Assembly (NCBI GenBank): GCA_944325655.1
Contig: CALVAW010000001.1
Coordinates: 80,651 to 144,650 of the forward strand
DNA length: 64,000 nucleotides
Direction: 5' to 3'
From: Candidatus Gastranaerophilales bacterium
GTDB lineage: Bacteria; Cyanobacteriota; Vampirovibrionia; Gastranaerophilales; Gastranaerophilaceae
Position 1 is the stretch's first letter; each line of letters begins with the position of its first letter. Under the pieces are notes generated by a model. It made no database searches. It had not been told where the DNA came from and saw only the letters and a program-made list of their open reading frames with translations. This document shows positions 28,345 to 37,048 of the stretch, in pieces. Both the position numbers and the translations under genes were made by a program.

Positions 28345-29892
28345 CTACATTGCTCTGTATTTTGCAAGACCAATTAAATATACTTGAAGTTCAAGCGGCT
28401 CAAGCATTATATTTAATTTGCCTTTTTCCGTTTTTGGATGTTTTTTTGCATTTATTATTGAAAAAACATGATCTTTTTTTAAATAATCAGATTTTACAAC
28501 AGCATTTTGAACATTTTGTTCATCCAAAGAACCGACAACTATTAATTCTTGTTCAAAATCTTTAATTTTATATGCAAATACCTTATCGTTACCGGTATTT
28601 AAAAGAGAGAATTTTCCGTTTTTTATTAAATTTGAATTTCTTTTTTTAAAATCGATTGCTTTCAAATATTGATTTTTTAAATTCGGATAATTCCCTTTGG
28701 ACGCTGCAGATAAGTTAAAAATATCAAACATACCCGAATGAACAAAATAATATTCATCATCAGTATATGTTTTTTCAGCCTTTTTATTTTCGTATGAATA
28801 AGTATAATCATCTCCGGTCGAAAAACCGTCAAGAAAATATGCATTTTGTTTTAAAGTTGCATTTAACCACAAAATCATATTCCAATAGTTAACCCCTCTT
28901 AAAATCGGAGCCTGCTGGTCATGCGTTGCAAATGCAGACATAATCGAAGCATTTTTATTTCTCTTTAAAATATTAAAGTTTTTTTCAATTTTTGAATCAA
29001 ATTCTTTTTTGGTTCTAATACTTTTAAAATCACTCCAAGAACCGTAATAGCAATCAAAACCGGCATCCAATAACTCATCAATCGATGCATAATGCAAAAT
29101 AATATTTGAAGCAGGATTATTCCAATCCGGACTTGCTTCAGCCAAAAATAAAAAATCCTGATTTTTTTCTCTTGCATAAGATATTAAATTTTTCCAAAAA
29201 GAATAAGGCTTAATTGCTGCAACATCCGCTCTTATTCCGTCAAAACCAAGATTTTGAGCAAAATCTATAAATTTTTTAAAATTATTCAAATTTTCTTCAT
29301 ACAAGGTTCTGTTACGATTATATATTTTAAACAATCTTACATCTGCCCAATCTGCAGGCACCAATGTTTCGTTATTTTTATCAGTAATAAACCAAATAGG
29401 TTTATTTAAACTCAAATCATAAGAACCGCAACTGGGTAAATCAACTATTACCTTCAAACCGAGCTGATGGGCGTAATCAACAAATTCCTTTGCTTCTTCA
29501 TATACCGATTTTTCATTTGTTTCATCATCTAAAAACGGGCTTATTTCATCAAAACTATCCATTGCATATAAAGAACCTGCAGTACCCAGCGCCTTTAATT
29601 TTCCCGTTTTTGTAATCGGAAGAAGATAAACAGTATTTATGCCTTCAGTTTTTAAATCTTTTAATTTTTCTTTAGCATTTAAAAATGTTCCCGCAATATC
29701 ACCTTGTTCTTTATCAATTATTCCGTCAAAATTTTTATCAATAGCACCAAAATTTCTTATATTTATTGTATATATAATTGCTTCATTATTTCTAAAAAGT
29801 TCTCTTATGCTTGTTTTTGCTTCGGATGCAAAAACAACATTTTTAAAAACAAAAAAACTAAACAATCCGATAATAAACATAATTCTTTTCAT
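28345..29892 (-). CDS. secreted GH13 alpha-amylase family protein
   Basis: GFDGIRADVA (region II), FLFLAEA (region III Glu), FATHDQ (region IV). Start set at MKRIMFIIGLFSFFVFKNVVFASEA (signal peptide); the longer track ORF would overlap the divergent gene. Confidence 0.8.
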   Translation of the reverse strand: MKRIMFIIGLFSFFVFKNVVFASEAKTSIRELFRNNEAIIYTINIRNFGAIDKNFDGIIDKEQGDIAGTFLNAKEKLKDLKTEGINTVYLLPITKTGKLKALGTAGSLYAMDSFDEISPFLDDETNEKSVYEEAKEFVDYAHQLGLKVIVDLPSCGSYDLSLNKPIWFITDKNNETLVPADWADVRLFKIYNRNRTLYEENLNNFKKFIDFAQNLGFDGIRADVAAIKPYSFWKNLISYAREKNQDFLFLAEASPDWNNPASNIILHYASIDELLDAGFDCYYGSWSDFKSIRTKKEFDSKIEKNFNILKRNKNASIMSAFATHDQQAPILRGVNYWNMILWLNATLKQNAYFLDGFSTGDDYTYSYENKKAEKTYTDDEYYFVHSGMFDIFNLSAASKGNYPNLKNQYLKAIDFKKRNSNLIKNGKFSLLNTGNDKVFAYKIKDFEQELIVVGSLDEQNVQNAVVKSDYLKKDHVFSIINAKKHPKTEKGKLNIMLEPLELQVYLIGLAKYRAM

Positions 29893-29964
29893 AATATAAA
29901 AGTATATAGTAAAAAGAAATTTATTGTATAATGTAATAGTATTAGGTTTAAATGCGGAATTTAT

Positions 29965-32175
29965 ATGAAAAATTTTTATAACATATTTAAAAACGAAGAT
30001 ATTTTTCACTCATCAAAACCTGCGGCAATAAGTGCTTTTTTACTAGTAGCAATAATCTTAACCGCACTTCTTTCAATTCGCTACTACTTATATCAAAACA
30101 TAATAACGAACGGCATAGCGCAAAAAACGATATATGCAAAAAACAGTTTTGAAGTAGTAGACAAACAAAGAACGGAACTCATAAAACGCGAAGTTGCAAA
30201 TAAAATTCGTCCCGTAGTTGCTCCGGTTGAAGGCGATTATATAAAAATTGACTTACAAAAAGCAATGGACGATATCGAAAGAATCAAAAAAGAAAATAAA
30301 ACCTACCAAACCAAACAAAAAGAACTTTTTGATCTTTTAGAAATAAATGATACGGAAAGAAAAAATAAAGCCATTGCTTTTATACTGTCAACTTCAGAAG
30401 CTAATTTAACGTCCGCATTCACCAATACAAAATACATTTTAAATGAACTTTTAAATGTCGGGGTCTTTGACACCGATATTTCTAATTTTATAACCGACAG
30501 CTATATTGATAAAACCCTTGGAATGCACATTAAAAAAACTCAATATCCTTTTATTATAGGCCTAATCGAACATTCCGTAGTACCAAATTTGATAATTGAT
30601 GAATATGCAACGGAAATCGCACGCAAAAATGCAAAAAATGCCGTTAAACCCTATGTTGTATCCTTCAAGAAAGGAGACAAAATTTTAACTCTGGGCGAAA
30701 AGGTTACTCAACTAAAAAAAGATGCCCTGAAACAATCCGGCTATAATGCTTTTGAACTGAATAGAGACGGTGTCATAGGAATATTTGCTCTTGTTTGTTT
30801 ATCAATGTATTCTTTAATGTTGTACATTAAAAAATATGAAAAAAAATATTATACTCCAAGATATATGTCCTATGTTGCAATGTCCTCAATAATTCTGACG
30901 TATGTTTGCATAGTTATATCAAATTCAGGGTATGTTTCCAATTATCTAATGCCTTTTGCGGCATTTACGATGATTTTAGCAATTTTTACAAACCCCGTTT
31001 TGTCATTTTTGGTATCAATTTTAATGCTTGGAATATTATCGGTCACATTATTTTTTGATTCTCAAATTTTTTATGTATTTATTTGTGCTATTTTATCTTC
31101 AAGCTATTTGGTATCAAAAATGTCATATTCAAAACGTTTTGATATTATATGGTGCGGGACACAAATAGGCATTGTTATGTTCTTTGCAATGTTTTTTGTT
31201 TCATTATTTGAAGTTCAAACCGAAGCAATAACAAGATTAATACATTTTCAACCGCAAAATCCGATTTTAGGTTTAATAAACGGTCTTGTTTCTTCTATGA
31301 TTGCAATGTTTTTAATTCCTATTATTGAAAAAATTTGCAAAATTGTTTCGCCTTATGCGCTAATTGAACTTGCAGACCAAAATCAAGAACTTTTATCAAA
31401 AATGAGAAGTTCTGCTCCCGGAACTTTTCATCATTCACTTATGGTTGCAAATCTTTGTGAATCTGCAGCTGCAGCAATCGGAGCCGATTCAATACTGGCC
31501 AGAGTAGGTGCTTTTTATCATGACATAGGCAAATTACAAAGGCCTTTATTTTTCATAGAAAACCAATCTTATTTCGGAGTTGAAAATCCGCACACAACCT
31601 TAACACCAAGACAAAGCAAAATGGTTATTACTTTGCATACAAAAGACGGCGTTGAAATGGCTAAGAAATACGGGCTTCCTCAAGTTATAATTGATTTTAT
31701 TCAACAACACCATGGAGAAAGCCTTGCGGGGCACTTTTATAATAAAGCAATTGAGCAAGAAGGAATAGAAAATGTTCAAGAAGGACAATTCAGATACCCC
31801 GGTCCAAAACCTCAAACCAAAGAAACGGCAATATTAATGCTCGCAGACGCACTTGAAAGTGCCGTTCGTTCTCTCAAAAAACCAACTCAAGAAGAAATAG
31901 AAGCCATTGTAAACAAAATATTCACTGAAAGGCTTAATGACGGACAATTATCCGACAGTCCTTTAACCTTAAAAGATATAAAAATAATTGCCATGACCTT
32001 TAACAAAATCTTAAGAGGTATGCAACACGAAAGAATTAAATACCAAGAAAGAGTTATAAACGAAATAACCGACAAAAACAAAATAACCATACAAAATCCC
32101 GCTGATGACGAATTTGAAAAGAAAATCCAAGAGCTTCAGGCAAAAGCTCAAAAGAAAGATGAAGATGAAAAGTAG
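29965..32175 (+). CDS. 7TM receptor with intracellular HD hydrolase domain (PgpH/YqfF-like)
   Basis: Extracellular N-domain, seven TMs, HD domain (HHSLMVANL...AFYHDIGK...QHHG). Classic gene order ahead of ybeY-dgkA. Confidence 0.85.
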   Translation: MKNFYNIFKNEDIFHSSKPAAISAFLLVAIILTALLSIRYYLYQNIITNGIAQKTIYAKNSFEVVDKQRTELIKREVANKIRPVVAPVEGDYIKIDLQKAMDDIERIKKENKTYQTKQKELFDLLEINDTERKNKAIAFILSTSEANLTSAFTNTKYILNELLNVGVFDTDISNFITDSYIDKTLGMHIKKTQYPFIIGLIEHSVVPNLIIDEYATEIARKNAKNAVKPYVVSFKKGDKILTLGEKVTQLKKDALKQSGYNAFELNRDGVIGIFALVCLSMYSLMLYIKKYEKKYYTPRYMSYVAMSSIILTYVCIVISNSGYVSNYLMPFAAFTMILAIFTNPVLSFLVSILMLGILSVTLFFDSQIFYVFICAILSSSYLVSKMSYSKRFDIIWCGTQIGIVMFFAMFFVSLFEVQTEAITRLIHFQPQNPILGLINGLVSSMIAMFLIPIIEKICKIVSPYALIELADQNQELLSKMRSSAPGTFHHSLMVANLCESAAAAIGADSILARVGAFYHDIGKLQRPLFFIENQSYFGVENPHTTLTPRQSKMVITLHTKDGVEMAKKYGLPQVIIDFIQQHHGESLAGHFYNKAIEQEGIENVQEGQFRYPGPKPQTKETAILMLADALESAVRSLKKPTQEEIEAIVNKIFTERLNDGQLSDSPLTLKDIKIIAMTFNKILRGMQHERIKYQERVINEITDKNKITIQNPADDEFEKKIQELQAKAQKKDEDEK

Positions 32176-32656
32176 TTTTACTTTAACAAAAATTGATAAT
32201 ATCAATTTAAAAAAATATAAAATCGTCTTAAAAGAATATAAAAAAGCCATTGATGACTTGCTAAAAAAAATTCTTACCTGTGAAGAATTAAAAAAAAGTA
32301 AAATATTTTCACCTCTAATTTCAAAAATTCGTTTTGACATTTCTTTATGCAACGATGAAACAATTAGAAAAATAAACAAAGAATACAGAAACAAAAACTC
32401 TTCAACCGATGTTATTACTTTTTCTTTATTTTATGACGATAATAATTCAACAATACACAGAAAAACGGCTGATTTGGGTCAAATAATAGTCTCTGTTGAA
32501 ACAGCAGACAAACAAAAAGGAGAGAACAATCTAAAAACAGAAATTTTAACTTTAATATGTCATGGAATATTACATTTAATCGGATTTGACCATTTAACAA
32601 AAAAGGATTACGATTTTGTAGTAGGTGTTCAAAAGAAAGTCTTAAAGGAATTATGA
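32159..32656 (+). CDS. ybeY: rRNA maturation endoribonuclease YbeY
   Basis: HGILHLIGFDH zinc motif, TDVITFS. Start placed at the ATG overlapping the end of the upstream gene (the track ORF starts at 32105). Confidence 0.85.
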   Translation: MKMKSSFTLTKIDNINLKKYKIVLKEYKKAIDDLLKKILTCEELKKSKIFSPLISKIRFDISLCNDETIRKINKEYRNKNSSTDVITFSLFYDDNNSTIHRKTADLGQIIVSVETADKQKGENNLKTEILTLICHGILHLIGFDHLTKKDYDFVVGVQKKVLKEL

Positions 32657-33033
32657 ATAAATTTCAATCAAGAAATTTTCAAAAAAGTTTAATTTATGCA
32701 CTAAATGGATTAAGATTAGCATTTCGCTCACAAAGAAATTTTAGAAAACATCTTTTAATAGCATTTTTAACATTATCTGTAGCTTTTCTTTTAAAAGTAA
32801 GTATAGTTGAATTTTGCATAATCATTTTTGCAAATACATTGGTACTTGTTATGGAGATGATTAATTCTGTTATAGAATTTGTTATCGATGCATATTACAA
32901 AAATAAGTGGGCAAAACTTGCTAAACTTTCAAAAGACATAGCAGCCGGCTCGGTATTGCTCTCTGCAAGTGCAAGTGTTGTCATTTCATTTTTAATATAC
33001 GGCAGCAAAGTGTACGAATTATATTATAATTAA
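32653..33033 (+). CDS. dgkA: diacylglycerol/undecaprenol kinase
   Basis: 126 aa, three TMs, LVMEMINSVIEFVID motif. 4-nt overlap with ybeY. Confidence 0.8.
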   Translation: MNKFQSRNFQKSLIYALNGLRLAFRSQRNFRKHLLIAFLTLSVAFLLKVSIVEFCIIIFANTLVLVMEMINSVIEFVIDAYYKNKWAKLAKLSKDIAAGSVLLSASASVVISFLIYGSKVYELYYN

Positions 33034-33042
33034 GGAGTAAAT

Positions 33043-33468
33043 ATGGATAAAAATTTCACATCTCTTGCACCAAACTTTTTTCAAGAAGGATATTCCTGTT
33101 CCGAATCAATAGCAAGGGCGGCAGTTGAACTCGGTCTTGCCGATAACAACTTTATTTCAATTGCCACAAGTTTTTCTGCGGGAATGTCATCACGTTGCTT
33201 ATGCGGAGCCGTTGCCGGCTCTCAAATGGTTCTGGGTTTGCTTCACGGCAAAAATCAAGATAACACAGCAAGAACACTGGCAAAAGAATTTTACAATCGT
33301 TTCACAAAAAACCACAAAGTAGCTTGTTGCAAGGTTTTATCCTCGGGTTTTAAAGACTTTCACTCACCCGAAAGAAAAGCTCACTGCGCTAATATTGTTG
33401 AAGAATGCGCCAAACTATTAGATGAAATACTTGTTGAAACAAAAGAAAAAACATCCGCAAACAAATAA
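33043..33468 (+). CDS. C_GCAxxG_C_C family redox protein
   Basis: GYSCSESI..., CLCGAVAGS, ...CC...C pattern characteristic of the family. Confidence 0.75.
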   Translation: MDKNFTSLAPNFFQEGYSCSESIARAAVELGLADNNFISIATSFSAGMSSRCLCGAVAGSQMVLGLLHGKNQDNTARTLAKEFYNRFTKNHKVACCKVLSSGFKDFHSPERKAHCANIVEECAKLLDEILVETKEKTSANK

Positions 33469-33493
33469 AACCAAAAATAAAATATTTAAAAAA

Positions 33494-33518
33494 AGAGGTT
33501 AGAAAAACCTCTTTTTTT
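33494..33518 (+). terminator. rho-independent terminator
   Basis: AGAGGTT-agaaa-AACCTCT followed by T7. Confidence 0.75.
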
Positions 33519-33657
33519 AAATTTTAAGTTTTGCAAAGAAAAATTTTGACTTTTTAAAAAAAATAATTAAAGTTTTTAAAAGTTCTGCCGAAAGATAAAA
33601 AGGATAGTATATTATTATTTATCTTTTTTATCTATAAACTACATATCGAGGTATATT

Positions 33658-34473
33658 ATGTCTTATAAGAATGACCATGAACTGACAATTGCGAACAGAT
33701 ACAGTAGCGCAAGTTCAGCAGCCAAGGCTGAGTTATATGAAACCTATGACAGATTAAGGGATTTAACCGTTTCGGGTTCTACTGCAACGGGTTCAGGTTT
33801 TGGTTCTGCCGGTGGTTTTTTATGGCAGCTTGCTAATTTATTTTCTCCCTCAAGCTTTATGCCGACACTTGGTGGATCTCAAATGATGAATATACCGGGT
33901 ACTTCATATTGGTCACCAAATTATTCGACAAGTTCTTATATTGACTCTGCAACAAATTCTTTTGGTGTTTCAGGTCTTTCAAGTTATTCAGGGTTCCCGT
34001 CAGGTGCTGCAAGTATAACAATGGGCTTTGGAACAGACGGAGTTCCGACAGGCGGGGCTGCCGGTATGGCAACAGGCTATGCTGTATCAGCAGCGGGCTT
34101 AGCTGCACTTAATACAGCTTCGTACGCAACAGGTGCTACAAGCGGACTCGGATTTGGACAAAACTTTGTACTTCCCCTTGCAGGTTTAATATCCGGTTGG
34201 GGCGGCATATTACAAGCCCTCGCTCCTTATGCCGGAGAATTTGGTCTTGGCGCAATAGTTGCGGGTAATTTAATGCAAGGGACGGGTTCTGCCGCACTTT
34301 CTGCTTATCAAAATATCACAGGTAACATTACAAACAATGCGGATGTTATTTTAGAAGATAAAGTAAGAAATATTGAAACAGTATGCAAAATGCTTGATAC
34401 TCAAGCAGACATCGTAAGACAAACTCTTAAATCAAATATGGAATCTGATTCTAAGTTGGTTGATGAACTTTAA
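33658..34473 (+). CDS. hypothetical Gly/Ser/Ala-rich protein
   Basis: 271-aa ORF with SD GAGGT. Charged helical N- and C-termini flank a long low-complexity core with GxxxG-type stretches (GLISGWGGILQALAPYAGEFGLGAIVAGNLMQGTGSAA). No signal peptide. Confidence 0.65.
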   Translation: MSYKNDHELTIANRYSSASSAAKAELYETYDRLRDLTVSGSTATGSGFGSAGGFLWQLANLFSPSSFMPTLGGSQMMNIPGTSYWSPNYSTSSYIDSATNSFGVSGLSSYSGFPSGAASITMGFGTDGVPTGGAAGMATGYAVSAAGLAALNTASYATGATSGLGFGQNFVLPLAGLISGWGGILQALAPYAGEFGLGAIVAGNLMQGTGSAALSAYQNITGNITNNADVILEDKVRNIETVCKMLDTQADIVRQTLKSNMESDSKLVDEL

Positions 34474-34488
34474 TAACCAATCTAAACT

Positions 34489-34587
34489 AAAAAAAACGGC
34501 TAATTTGTGAACAAATTAAGCCGTGATGGATAGAATTAGTATTACGGAGTTTATAGAGGAGTTTACATGCTATCAAAAGCATGTGAA
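34489..34587 (-). ncRNA. candidate antisense sRNA (putative type I antitoxin)
   Basis: On the minus strand: TTGACA (34617-34622), 17-nt spacer, CAAAAT (34594-34599), then about 100 nt ending in a 13-bp interrupted hairpin (34496-34524) followed by U8 (34489-34496). No minus-strand gene explains this terminator. Confidence 0.3.
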
Positions 34588-34626
34588 TTTTCCATTTTGC
34601 TAATTTTTGTTTTTCATGTCAAATAA
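34567..34626 (+). CDS. candidate 19-aa hydrophobic peptide (MLSKACEFSILLIFVFHVK)
   Basis: SD GAGGAG 5 nt upstream. The 14-mer AGGAGTTTACATGC covering SD and start is identical to the uppP initiation region at 39138. The start codon lies in a 7-bp stem-loop (34565-34584). Confidence 0.3.
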   Translation: MLSKACEFSILLIFVFHVK

Positions 34627-34685
34627 ATTTACAAAAATTAATAATTTTATTTTTTTGTAATTCATAAATACATTTTCAGAACAAC

Positions 34686-34714
34686 TTGACTTTTTATGTA
34701 CGTATGTACATAAT
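34686..34714 (+). promoter_or_regulatory. sigma-70-type promoter of lexA-umuC (TTGACT-17-CATAAT)
   Basis: -35 TTGACT at 34686-34691, 17-nt spacer, -10 CATAAT at 34709-34714. The ATG at 34721 is 7 nt after the -10 and has no SD, suggesting a leaderless mRNA. Confidence 0.55.
34697..34710. promoter_or_regulatory. candidate LexA operator (TGTAC-GTAT-GTACA)
   Basis: TGTACGTATGTACA lies in the promoter spacer/-10. Its core matches GTAC-N3-DGTWC of the reported cyanobacterial LexA box RGTACNNNDGTWCB. Confidence 0.55.
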
Positions 34715-34720
34715 ATTCTT

Positions 34721-35311
34721 ATGAAAGATGATTTAACGGAAAAACAAAAAGAATTTTTTATAAAATTGTATGAAACTTTTGCTCAAAAGGCCTTGCCAAG
34801 TTATGAAACAATTAAAAATACCTTTGGATACAAATCTAAAAATTCAATAAAACAATATATAAAAATCCTAAAAGATAAAGGCTTTTTAACATCAGATAAC
34901 GAAAATCTCTATATAAAATCTGAATATATCGGCGCTAAGCTTGCTTCAAGCTACATAAAAGCCGGTTTTGCCTCTATAATTGACGACAAAATAGAAAAAA
35001 GAATCTCTTTTGACGCAATATTAAATATAAATAACCCTTCGACTTTTGTTTTTAAAGTTTCAGGAGATTCTATGACAGATATCGGTATATTTGACGGGGA
35101 TTATGTGGCTATCAAAAAAACAAATGATGCAAAAATCGGAGATGTTGTTCTTGCTGTAGTCGACAATGAATTCACGCTAAAAACATATAAAAAAGATGAA
35201 AAAGGACCTTATCTCAAACCTGAAAACAAAGAATATCCCATCATAAGACCAAAAAATTCACTTAGCATTTTTGGCGTTGCACTCGGAATTATGAGGAAAA
35301 TTAACCAATGA
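34721..35311 (+). CDS. lexA: LexA-type repressor (winged-helix N-domain + S24 peptidase)
   Basis: LTEKQKEFF N-terminus, Ala-Gly cleavage site (IKAGFAS), SGDSM catalytic Ser, FTLKTY catalytic Lys. Confidence 0.8.
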   Translation: MKDDLTEKQKEFFIKLYETFAQKALPSYETIKNTFGYKSKNSIKQYIKILKDKGFLTSDNENLYIKSEYIGAKLASSYIKAGFASIIDDKIEKRISFDAILNINNPSTFVFKVSGDSMTDIGIFDGDYVAIKKTNDAKIGDVVLAVVDNEFTLKTYKKDEKGPYLKPENKEYPIIRPKNSLSIFGVALGIMRKINQ

Positions 35312-36495
35312 AAAGAGTCATAGCACTTGTTGATTGCAACAATTTTTTTGTATCATGCGAAAGACTTTTAAAACCGGAATTAATCGGCAAACCTGTTTGT
35401 GTACTTTCAAATAATGACGGTTGCGTTGTTTCTCGCTCCAATGAAGCTAAAAAAATGGGTGTTAATATGGGTGCACCGTATTTTATGATTAAAAATCAAT
35501 TTAAAAAAGTTATTTTTTTATCCGGAAATTTACCTTTCTATTGTGAAATCTCAAAAAGAATTATGAACAAACTCTACGACTATACGCCGGATGTAGAGGT
35601 TTATTCAATTGACGAGGCCTTTTTAGACTTAACAGGCTTAAGAAAAACCTTTAAGTGCCCTTATGAAGATATAATTAAAAAAATAGCAGAAGATATAAAA
35701 ATCGAAATCGGAATAGACGTATCCGTCGGTCTTTCATATTCAAAAGTTTTGGCTAAGCTTGCTTGCGAAAAAACGAAAAATCTCCAAAAAACCCTTAAAG
35801 ACGAATTTATAAACAAAAAAACATATAAAATAGGGTACAGAGAAATTGAAAATGAATTAAAAGCAACTTTAATAAGTGATATTTGGGGAATTGGCAAAAA
35901 TACAAATGCTTTTTTAAAAAAACATTTAATTCAAACCGCTTGGGACTTTGCAACTCAAGAGGATATTTGGTTAAAGAAAAACTTGGGTAAAATCGGCTTG
36001 GATTTAAAGCAAGAGCTCTTAGGAAATTCGATTAATCCCGTAAAATCAACTCAAGATGCACCAAAATCCGTTTCAAGAAGCGAAAGTTTTAAAGAATTTC
36101 AAACAGATAAAAATTATATTCAAAAAGAATTAAACTCCCACATCCACAAAGTTTGCAAGAAATTAAGGAGTTTAAATCTTTTAACCGGTTGCGTGTCTGT
36201 TATGCTAAGAACTAAAGATTTTCAAGTGTCCGATATAAAAATCAATTTAATAAACCCTGTCAACAGTGAATTTGAACTTGTTGAACATGCAAAAGAAATA
36301 CTAAATAAAATATTTAAAAACGGGGTTGTTTACCGCTCCGTAGGATTTTGTGCAATGAAATTATCTCCTTCTGAAGAAAGACAAATCTCAATTTTTGACG
36401 GAGAAAACTCAATAAAAAAAGAAAATCTTTCAAAATCATGGGACAAATTAGAAGAAAAATTCGGCAAAGGCATAATCAAACTCGGTATAAAATAA
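35308..36495 (+). CDS. umuC: Y-family translesion DNA polymerase, UmuC-like
   Basis: IALVDCNNFFVSCERLLKPELIGKPVCVLSNNDGCVVSRSNEAKKMGVNMGAPYF is near-colinear with the UmuC N-terminus. SIDEAFLD catalytic acidic motif. ATGA overlap with lexA. Confidence 0.8.
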   Translation: MKRVIALVDCNNFFVSCERLLKPELIGKPVCVLSNNDGCVVSRSNEAKKMGVNMGAPYFMIKNQFKKVIFLSGNLPFYCEISKRIMNKLYDYTPDVEVYSIDEAFLDLTGLRKTFKCPYEDIIKKIAEDIKIEIGIDVSVGLSYSKVLAKLACEKTKNLQKTLKDEFINKKTYKIGYREIENELKATLISDIWGIGKNTNAFLKKHLIQTAWDFATQEDIWLKKNLGKIGLDLKQELLGNSINPVKSTQDAPKSVSRSESFKEFQTDKNYIQKELNSHIHKVCKKLRSLNLLTGCVSVMLRTKDFQVSDIKINLINPVNSEFELVEHAKEILNKIFKNGVVYRSVGFCAMKLSPSEERQISIFDGENSIKKENLSKSWDKLEEKFGKGIIKLGIK

Positions 36496-36498
36496 GCT

Positions 36499-36536
36499 AA
36501 AATTACAAGCCTCTCATATCAGAGGCCTGTAATTTT
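36499..36536. terminator. bidirectional terminator between convergent umuC and thioesterase genes
   Basis: ATTACAAGCCTCT-catatc-AGAGGCCTGTAAT (13 bp, one mismatch), flanked by an A-tract and a T-tract. Confidence 0.7.
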
Positions 36537-36942
36537 ACCGAGCATCCGCCTTTAATATCTCCAAAACAGGCTCGGGTAAACTCCTATATAGTTTTCCATC
36601 GTTGTGTATCGCCACAATCTTTACAATTGCTTTGATATACATCTTTTCTCTCTTTTCATCGGTTATTGTTTGCTGAAAAGTTAAATAAAACTTGCCGTAA
36701 TCAGATATTTCGGTATGTATCAAAATTTCATCATCAAGCTTTGCGCCGCACTTATATTGTATGTTTAAATCAACAACAGGAAGCGTTATGTCTTGTTTAA
36801 CAAGCTCAGATAATTTAAAACCGGCTTTTTCGCACAGATATATACGACCCATTTCAAGCCATCTTAAATAACTTCCATGCCATACAACACCATAGGCATC
36901 TGTGTCTGCGTAAAATACTTTTTGTTTAAAAGCATGACTCAT
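36535..36942 (-). CDS. YbgC/4HBT-family acyl-CoA thioesterase
   Basis: VFYADTDAYGVVWHGSYLRWLE hot-dog fold N-terminal signature; 135 aa. Confidence 0.8.
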   Translation of the reverse strand: MSHAFKQKVFYADTDAYGVVWHGSYLRWLEMGRIYLCEKAGFKLSELVKQDITLPVVDLNIQYKCGAKLDDEILIHTEISDYGKFYLTFQQTITDEKREKMYIKAIVKIVAIHNDGKLYRSLPEPVLEILKADAR

Positions 36943-37048
36943 AGAGCCATTTTAACATAAATAAAGTTTTTATTTTCAAAAACATTAATTTTAGCAATAA
37001 AAATTAGGTTTTATTTTTTTATATATATAAATAACATTAAGGTATAAA

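Noticed and set aside
29893-30009. The 39-codon N-terminal extension of the amylase ORF given in the track.
   Set aside because: The extension would overlap the divergent 7TM-HD gene start. The internal Met opens a classical signal peptide (MKRIMFIIGLFSFFVFKNVVFASEA).
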